In this document: positions 26,538-32,000 of the stretch, piece by piece
Layout: each line of letters starts with the position of its first letter
How positions within the stretch are numbered: the stretch's first letter is position 1
Source: Candidatus Brocadia sp.
Lineage (GTDB): Bacteria > Planctomycetota > Brocadiia > Brocadiales > Brocadiaceae
Assembly (NCBI GenBank): GCA_021650915.1
Contig: CP091279.1
Location: 3,120,001-3,152,000, forward strand
Direction: 5' to 3'
Length of the DNA stretch: 32,000 bases
Notes under the pieces: model-generated
What the model saw: the letters and a program-made list of their open reading frames with translations, nothing else
Database searches by the model: none
What the model was told of the DNA's origin: nothing
Position numbers and translations under genes: made by a program

Positions 26538-26751
26538 GGTATCTCTCCTCTGCTGAACTAAAAATTAGTCTTGGTACAGTGGTATTACTCCAATAAAATA
26601 CAAAAAGGCATTATACAGAAATCCTTCGGTTCTTCCAAATATTTCCTTTTTGCGTCCATTAGTATCCTGATCCGATTTCCTTCCGGGAAGCACCTGTGCA
26701 GTATCGTAATCGGGGTTAACAGAAGGTGATCTCTCCTGACGGGAAGCAGTC

Positions 26752-27714
26752 TCATGTCCTGTCCGGGCATGATAATAACGACTTAAGTTGTGAAGGCGGG
26801 AATCCTTGTCCACTAGCCAGAAAAAAGGGATTAACGAGGGTATTCTTATTATACGTTAGCGGTCCTTTGGTAGGTATATCGAGAACCCACCCTTGTGCCT
26901 GTTCTACGATAGCCTGTCCGGCTGCTGTGTCCCATTCCATTGTTGGGCCAAATCTCGGATAGATGTCCGCCTTGCCTTCTGCCACAAGGCAAAATTTCAG
27001 GGAACTTCCCGCAGAGATGAATGCAACCTCGCCGGACGTTTCTTTTATTTTATCTACAAACTCTGACAGTTCCTGTGTTGCATGTGAACGACTACCAACA
27101 ATGGTAAGTGCACGATGTTTCTCCATGATGTCCTGGTTCTTAGGGAGTGCAGATTTCCTGGTATTAGCGCTTAACGGTAGGCCCTGTGATGCATCAAGGA
27201 GTTTTTTTATCGTGAGATCGTCAGACACAATCTTACTATTCACGAGCATATAGGCGCCGATGTTTACAGCGGCAAAGTAGAAGCAATCTTGCACTGGTAT
27301 ATAGATGCATCCGAGGACGGGTTTGTCTTTGCGGATGAGGGCAATGTTTACTGTGAACTCCCCGTTCCTCTTGATAAACTCCTTTGTCCCGTCAAGGGGG
27401 TCAACGAGCCAGAGATACTCCCACCTTTTTCGTTCGTTATAAGGAATATCTTTTCCTTCCTCGCTTAGTATAGGCAAAAGCGGGTTATTTAGGGGGGGTT
27501 CCTTGTTATTTGTGCTCCGTGTCTGTTGTAGCCCATTCAGAATAATTTCGTGGGAACGTTTATCTGCTAAGGTCAGAGGCGAATGGTCATCTTTGTGCTC
27601 AACGGCAAAGTCTGAATTATAGACTTCAAGAATGGCTTCGCCGGCACGTTTTGCGGCGTGAAGCGCAGTGAGAAGTGGTTGAATATATTGCTCGTGGTTC
27701 ATGTTTATTTCCAA
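26752..27714 (-). CDS. cysQ: 3'(2'),5'-bisphosphate nucleotidase (inositol monophosphatase superfamily)
   Basis: SEEG, WLVDPLDGTKEF and WDTAAGQAIVEQA motifs. The KEF after DPLDGT favours CysQ over SuhB. It carries a ~25-aa insertion (QQTRSTNNKEPPLNNP...). Confidence 0.75.
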   Translation of the reverse strand: MEINMNHEQYIQPLLTALHAAKRAGEAILEVYNSDFAVEHKDDHSPLTLADKRSHEIILNGLQQTRSTNNKEPPLNNPLLPILSEEGKDIPYNERKRWEYLWLVDPLDGTKEFIKRNGEFTVNIALIRKDKPVLGCIYIPVQDCFYFAAVNIGAYMLVNSKIVSDDLTIKKLLDASQGLPLSANTRKSALPKNQDIMEKHRALTIVGSRSHATQELSEFVDKIKETSGEVAFISAGSSLKFCLVAEGKADIYPRFGPTMEWDTAAGQAIVEQAQGWVLDIPTKGPLTYNKNTLVNPFFLASGQGFPPSQLKSLLSCPDRT

Positions 27715-27747
27715 TTCAGTTAATCAAGGAGATAAAGAATACTTTTT

Positions 27748-27958
27748 TCATTGAAATTTCGTCCTGGGTTTGAAAAGAATTGTGCCGTCATCATGGGCAG
27801 GTACATAAAGCGCCTTTCTATTTTCTATGTCCACAATACGCGGCATGATTCTGTGTCTGATCTCTTTGCAAATGCCTTTGTGGGTCTTCCATCCCACCGG
27901 TTCACCCGTGGCCAGTTTTTTCTCGCTAAAGTCGGTAATGGCGAAAAAATCCTTTCAT
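27748..27958 (-). pseudogene. Small ORF (69 aa if repaired) start-stop coupled to the NUDIX gene, interrupted by a 1-nt frameshift in a T6 run
   Basis: Its ATG (27958-27956) overlaps the NUDIX TGA (27957-27955) as ATGA. As sequenced it reads MKGFFRHYRL*. With T5 instead of T6 (27944-27949) it reads MKGFFAITDFSEKKLATGEPVGWKTHKGICKEIRHRIMPRIVDIENRKALYVPAHDDGTILFKPRTKFQ*. An intact 49-aa version could start at GTG 27897. Confidence 0.45.
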
Positions 27959-28530
27959 AGAGTTCCATTCCATAAGTTAAAAACTTTTGTAAGTGCCAGG
28001 AGCGCTAGTGAATGACGGAAATTACCTTCCTTAATTTCGTATCGTACTTCATCGAGCGTCAGCGTAGCAACGACAATATCTTCACCCTCGTCAGGATGCA
28101 TTTCTCCTGTCTGAACGGCGTCTTTTGCATGCCAGGAATGGCACACATTATTCAAAATTGCCGGATTCGGTTCGACAGAACCGAGATAAATCCAGTTGGC
28201 ACAGGTATAACCGGTTTCTTCCTTTAATTCCCGAATTGCTGCCGCCCTGGAATCCTCACCGTGGTCAACCATACCGCCAGGTATTTCGGTGGTTATCTTT
28301 CCGATGCCAAACCGGTATTGCCGGACAACCACGATTTCATTGCCTGGTGTAGTAGCAACTACGTTCACCCAGTCATTTGCTTCAAGCACCAGACGTTTCA
28401 TTTCTTTGTGATTTCTGGGATGTTTTAGCCAATCAAAGCGTGCCTGCAGAATCTCAAGATGTGGTCCCTTCTCGATACGGTGTCGTTGCCATACCGCTGG
28501 CTTTTTATGTTTATTCTGTTTCTTATTCAT
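27955..28530 (-). CDS. NUDIX hydrolase (ADP-ribose pyrophosphatase-like)
   Basis: Nudix box GGMVDHGEDSRAAAIRELKEETGY (GX5EX7REUXEEXGU). 191 aa. Confidence 0.8.
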   Translation of the reverse strand: MNKKQNKHKKPAVWQRHRIEKGPHLEILQARFDWLKHPRNHKEMKRLVLEANDWVNVVATTPGNEIVVVRQYRFGIGKITTEIPGGMVDHGEDSRAAAIRELKEETGYTCANWIYLGSVEPNPAILNNVCHSWHAKDAVQTGEMHPDEGEDIVVATLTLDEVRYEIKEGNFRHSLALLALTKVFNLWNGTL

Positions 28531-28890
28531 ACATCTGAGAGGGGTAATTCCGTGTCAGGTGATCAGAATCGGAAATTTGTTTTGATATTTCTTAGCAGTA
28601 AACCTCTATACTTTACCATGATAACAAGCAAGAATACAATAAAGAACTCCAGATAAAAGCTTGCTAAAGTTTTTATCTGTGGGTTTGTCTGCATATCCCT
28701 TTCTCTGATCTGCGAGACGAGCAAACCACAGTCCTTTTCTGGTGAGATACTTCACTTTTTTTTTAAATATCCGAAAATATGGATAACAAGAAGCCTTTTG
28801 AATAATCTCAAAAATTATTGCTTATTATTCTATACCTCTTTGGGGCGTATTGTAATGCGTCCTCTTGCGAAAAAACCACATGGAGGGAGA

Positions 28891-30297
28891 ATGTCACCTT
28901 ACCACGCTTTGTTTGTCGATCTTGAATCGGATACTAACCCGCACGACAACTGCAGACAGCTTTTCCGTCTTGTTGAGAATATCTTTTCAGAGAATAAGCT
29001 ATCGTCTCAAACGATTACCTTTTTCCCACCTTGGCCAGTAAGCGCTATCCCTGATCTTATTTTCATGCGTTCTTCGATGAAAATATCCTCATTGGATCTT
29101 GTTCATCATCTCAGAAAACATTGGAACCAGGCGGTTATTTACGGGTTCTTTTGCGCAAAGAATTTTGACTCTGCAGAAATATTCCAATCCCTCGCCAGCG
29201 GTATGGATGATTTTTTTTTGTGTACTATTACACAGAAAGAATTTCTTTTGCGTTTACAACGTCTTATCGTGTGGACTAAACAAGCGGTAAATACCGCCCC
29301 TCTCGAAACCGTTAAGAGAATATTCAACCATAAACAACTCATAGGAAAATCTCCCTCTTTTTTGAATGTCATTGAGAAAATACCACACCTGGCGCTGTCA
29401 GATGCGCCGGTTTTGGTTTTGGGAGAGACAGGTACAGGAAAGGAGCTTTTTACACGAGCAATCCATTACAATAGCCAGCGGCATGGCAGACCGTTTATTC
29501 CGGTTAATTGTGGTGCATTGCCGGACCAACTCTTTGAAAGTGAGGTATTTGGGCATGTAAAAGGGGCATTTACCGATGCTTCATCAGAAAAAAAAGGGCT
29601 CATTGCCGAAGCGGAAGGAGGAACAATTTTTTTAGACGAAGTTGATACGTTAAGCCCGTCTGCTCAGATTAAGTTGCTTCGTTTTATACAGGAATTTGAA
29701 TACCGTCCTCTCGGTTCCTCTAAAAGCAAAGTTGCCGATGTCCGTTTGATTGCTGCTACGAATGCCGACTTAAGAGAAAAGGTGAAGACAAAAACCTTCC
29801 GTGAAGACCTGTATTATCGTTTAAATATTCTGAAACTTCACATTCCGCCTCTTCGTGAGCGAATGGAAGATATCCCCCTTTTGGTGGATTTTTTCCTTGA
29901 ACATTATGCGTTGCAATATCGGCGGGTGAAACCGCGGATTTCTCCCTCTGCCATGCAAAAACTCTTGGCTTATTCCTGGCCGGGAAACGTACGGGAGTTG
30001 GAAGGTGTGATCCAACAGTCCATGGTGCTCTGTCTTGCCACTATCCTGCAACCTGACAATATCAATCTTTCCTTACCTCTGCAAAAAGATGCTTCAGGAG
30101 ATCATACCTTCCAGGGTGCCAAGAAGCAAATTGTTGTGCAGTTCGAACGAGGCTATTTGGTCGACCTTCTGGCAAAGCAGCAGGGAAATATCACGAAAGC
30201 TGCAAAAGTTGCGGGGTTAGACCGCAGGGCATTCCAACGTCTGATTAAAAAATATGGCATTGAACGGAATACATTCTCGGTTAAGAATGTACCATAG
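28891..30297 (+). CDS. Sigma-54-dependent transcriptional activator (bEBP) with a degenerate, phospho-acceptor-less receiver-like N-terminal domain
   Basis: AAA+ motifs: GETGTGKE (Walker A), ESEVFGHVKGAFTDA (GAFTGA loop variant), GGTIFLDEVD (Walker B), RLIAATN, REDLYYRLN. C-terminal Fis-type HTH: GNITKAAKVAGLDRRAFQRLIKKYGI. The N-terminal region aligns to REC, but PDLIFMRSS has R where the phosphorylated Asp is expected. ATG 28891 (ggagggaga upstream) is preferred; the ORF is open from TTG 28798. Confidence 0.9.
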   Translation: MSPYHALFVDLESDTNPHDNCRQLFRLVENIFSENKLSSQTITFFPPWPVSAIPDLIFMRSSMKISSLDLVHHLRKHWNQAVIYGFFCAKNFDSAEIFQSLASGMDDFFLCTITQKEFLLRLQRLIVWTKQAVNTAPLETVKRIFNHKQLIGKSPSFLNVIEKIPHLALSDAPVLVLGETGTGKELFTRAIHYNSQRHGRPFIPVNCGALPDQLFESEVFGHVKGAFTDASSEKKGLIAEAEGGTIFLDEVDTLSPSAQIKLLRFIQEFEYRPLGSSKSKVADVRLIAATNADLREKVKTKTFREDLYYRLNILKLHIPPLRERMEDIPLLVDFFLEHYALQYRRVKPRISPSAMQKLLAYSWPGNVRELEGVIQQSMVLCLATILQPDNINLSLPLQKDASGDHTFQGAKKQIVVQFERGYLVDLLAKQQGNITKAAKVAGLDRRAFQRLIKKYGIERNTFSVKNVP

Positions 30298-30466
30298 GGC
30301 AGCACGGCCGCAGCCAAATCTCTCCTGCTAAATGGGGAGAAAACAGGTGAGTTTTTTGAACAATTCCAACCAGGACAGTATTGGTCGTACAGGTAGTATC
30401 TTTTGAAATAATTTGGACATTTTTAGCAAACTAACAAATGGAATTAATCCTGTCAGTATCAGCGCA

Positions 30467-30521
30467 CGAATTTTGCGCTTCGGACTTTGTCTGTGTCGAA
30501 TCAACCGCACGGGGTGCGAAT
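30467..30521 (+). promoter_or_regulatory. Candidate upstream activator sequences: three CGAAT-containing repeats in helical phase plus the palindrome cgcac-ggg-gtgcg
   Basis: CGAAT occurs at 30467, 30497 and 30517 (spacings 30 and 20 bp), each followed within 3-7 nt by a CGC-containing tract (gcgc, ccgcac, ccgcag). The palindrome cgcacggggtgcg is at 30506-30518, about 150 bp upstream of the -24 element. Confidence 0.3.
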
Positions 30522-30665
30522 TTTAGACCGCAGGTCTTATCTGTTTGTTATTAAAGGAGTTATTTAAAAAATTGATTTGTCACAGTGCGGCAAAAATGTT
30601 ACCTATCGTTGGATTCATTATCTAAGAAACAAGGTAAATTAAGGGTTGAGGGCATATTTCTTCTT

Positions 30666-30681
30666 TGGCATCACCATTGCT
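30666..30681 (+). promoter_or_regulatory. Sigma-54 (-24/-12) promoter
   Basis: TGGCAT-caccA-TTGCT. GG is at 30667-68 and GC at 30679-80, the exact 12-nt register of the consensus TGGCAC-N5-TTGCW. It lies 57 bp upstream of ATG 30738 and 370 bp downstream of the activator gene. Confidence 0.7.
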
Positions 30682-30737
30682 ATTTAAAGAAATCAAAAAT
30701 ATTTGAAAGGTTTTTGTGAAAGAAAAGGAACTATGCT

Positions 30738-31001
30738 ATGGTGCTCGATCTTATACAGTACATATTCAAACATCGGAATGCAAAAGATACTTTTGATGGT
30801 ATTATTCAATGGTGGATTTCAAGTGAGCCACGGTTTAAGTGGAAAAAAGAAGAGGTTCAGGCAACCATTGATTTTCTGGTTTCTAAAGGATGGTTAAAAA
30901 TTCGATACATCCAGTCACCTCCTCAAAGGATTTATGCCGTCAATAAAGAACGGATTGAAGAAATGGAGGCGTTTTTGGAAAAGTACGAGGGTTTGGAATA
31001 A
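30738..31001 (+). CDS. 87-aa hypothetical protein, possibly winged-helix-like; predicted sigma-54-dependent
   Basis: ORF with an aagga RBS about 9 nt upstream. The sequence looks protein-like (GIIQWWISSEP...EEVQATIDFLVSKGWLKIRY...RIEEMEAFLEKY). I do not recognise a family. Confidence 0.55.
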   Translation: MVLDLIQYIFKHRNAKDTFDGIIQWWISSEPRFKWKKEEVQATIDFLVSKGWLKIRYIQSPPQRIYAVNKERIEEMEAFLEKYEGLE

Positions 31002-31004
31002 AGA

Positions 31005-31066
31005 AGGCGCATCCTCATGTCACTTAGGGATTGTAAAGGGTCAGTAAACAACACCTAGGTTTTTTC
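31005..31066 (+). terminator. Terminator candidate after the 87-aa ORF
   Basis: The inner stem acttagg / cctaggt (one G-U pair) is followed by tttttt (31060-31065). An outer 9-bp stem aggcgcatc / gatgcgcct (31005-31013 / 31068-31076) encloses it. The loop is long, so confidence is limited. Confidence 0.35.
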
Positions 31067-31149
31067 AGATGCGCCTAAACCTTCATTTTTCCATTATAAT
31101 TGATATTTCTACAAAATGCAAATTTCTACAACAATTTAATTTTTCGTAT

Positions 31150-31280
31150 CAATTTAGCTTTTTGAAAAACTGCCAAAAAATGTCGAAATATCGCTTAAAA
31201 AGGGCCAAAAATCGCCCTAATAATGCAATTTTTTAACAAAATATGGTATAAAATTGAGAGTTTTTCAAAAAGCTAAACTG
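31150..31280. repeat. 22-bp inverted repeat (17 bp perfect) flanking an 87-bp AT-rich spacer
   Basis: caatttagctttttgaaaaact (31150-31171) matches the reverse complement of agtttttcaaaaagctaaactg (31259-31280), with one mismatch in the outer 5 nt. Confidence 0.7.
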
Positions 31281-31663
31281 TTACAATTTTTCAAAAGATT
31301 AATGGTTCAAAATCGCTTCCTGTTTGTATGTCATCAAAGGAACTATGTTGAACGACAGAGAAAATAGCCCGGTAACCATAACAGTTCTTTTCGGTACATC
31401 TCAGACATCCTTAATTATGCATCCCCCTCCCCGTCTTTTTTCATCATGCTCAATAAGCCATGCCATGAATGATGGCGTTTGAAAATCTGGTGTCTTTCCC
31501 TGTACAAACTGTTTTCAACACGTCCTTATTTCACACGCTACCACGCGCTCCATCCTTTTTGAAATGTTATATCGTCATATTTAAATTTTACCAATTTCTC
31601 TTTCAATTTTTTTGTGGTATTATAGTAAAATTTATCTTTGGAAATACCTCTAGCGCTGTACGA

Positions 31664-32000
31664 TGAAGATTGCATTCGTGGTGTATCAATTTATCAGGGA
31701 AAAGGGGGGGGTGGAGAGTTATGTGTGGAACGCATCCAAACAACTTCTTGATCGTGGCCATGAAGTTCATATTTTTGCGCATCGATCCTGCCCGGATCCG
31801 GACAAGAGATTAATCTTTCATCGTATTCCGGCCATTACTTTCTGGTCTCCATTAAAATACTGGACATTTGCCGTAAATGCTCCTAAGATTATTAAAAATT
31901 CTGCAATAGCATTCGATCTTATTCATGGATTCACCCAGACATTGTCTCAGGATATTTATCGTGTCGGCGGTGGATGCCATTGGGACTATATGATGCATAC
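31664..32000 (+). CDS. Glycosyltransferase family 4 (WaaG/RfaG-like N-terminal domain), 3' end outside the window
   Basis: ATG 31664 opens a frame that runs to the window edge: MKIAFVVYQFIREKGGVESYVWNASKQLLDRGHEVHIFAH...DLIHGFTQTLSQDIYRVGGGCHWDYM. This is the typical GT4 N-terminal pattern. It is absent from the ORF track because the ORF is not closed. Confidence 0.7.

Noticed and set aside
30328-30897. 60-aa minus-strand ORF (30328..30510) and 64-aa alternative frame (30703..30897)
   Set aside because: The first covers the putative activator-binding region and looks random. The second overlaps the more protein-like 87-aa frame and is Leu/Phe/Ser-rich noise.
31469-31666. 65-aa plus-strand ORF just upstream of the last GT4 gene
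   Set aside because: It is a Phe/Leu-rich translation of AT-rich spacer with no RBS. It ends overlapping the GT4 start and is more likely promoter or 5' UTR sequence.
1-32000. CRISPR arrays, rRNA genes, toxin-antitoxin pairs and known defence-system signatures
   Set aside because: I found no short regularly spaced direct repeats, no rRNA-like segments and no paired small ORFs with recognisable toxin or antitoxin motifs while reading both strands.

Overview
Bacterial chromosomal window, moderately AT-rich. The taxon cannot be determined from the sequence alone. There are four blocks. (1) 1-9.1 kb, plus strand: the tail of a discoidin-domain protein, then a glycan-tailoring locus with an SGNH hydrolase, a NodU/CmcH carbamoyltransferase, an SxtJ-like membrane protein, an unlisted 52-aa DUF5989 ORF, a GT4, a radical SAM/SPASM enzyme and a second GT4. 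(2) 9.1-15.4 kb: a graveyard of defective mobile DNA. It holds a MITE-like element, an ISNCY-like fragment, two inverted and frameshifted IS1634-like partial copies that are visibly GC-richer than the host, a group II intron 3' remnant, an ISAzo13-like remnant, a frameshifted ISL3 with perfect 18-bp terminal inverted repeats (IRs), and an ISAs1-like fragment. One intact methyltransferase gene is stranded among them. (3) 15.4-18.6 kb, minus strand: a 1086-aa predicted lipoprotein with an unrecognised ~490-aa N-terminal domain, a ~99% identical 591-bp tandem duplication and a C-terminal LamG domain. (4) 19.2-32 kb, mostly housekeeping: pabC-pabB, xerC-like recombinase, an N-terminally truncated GAF-GGDEF protein, a TIGR01212 radical SAM, tRNA-Gly(CCC), an HPF-cold-shock-domain fusion, an M48 peptidase, DUF465, cysQ, NUDIX, a sigma-54 activator with a pseudo-receiver domain, a consensus-like sigma-54 promoter driving an 87-aa ORF, a repeat-rich 660-bp non-coding stretch and the start of another GT4. 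I see no CRISPR array, toxin-antitoxin pair or recognisable defence system. The best candidates for something undescribed are the sigma-54 activator/promoter/small-ORF module, the duplicated surface lipoprotein, the radical SAM enzyme between glycosyltransferases, and a small ORF coupled to NUDIX but broken in a T6 run. All family assignments come from reading motifs by eye; no database search was run.
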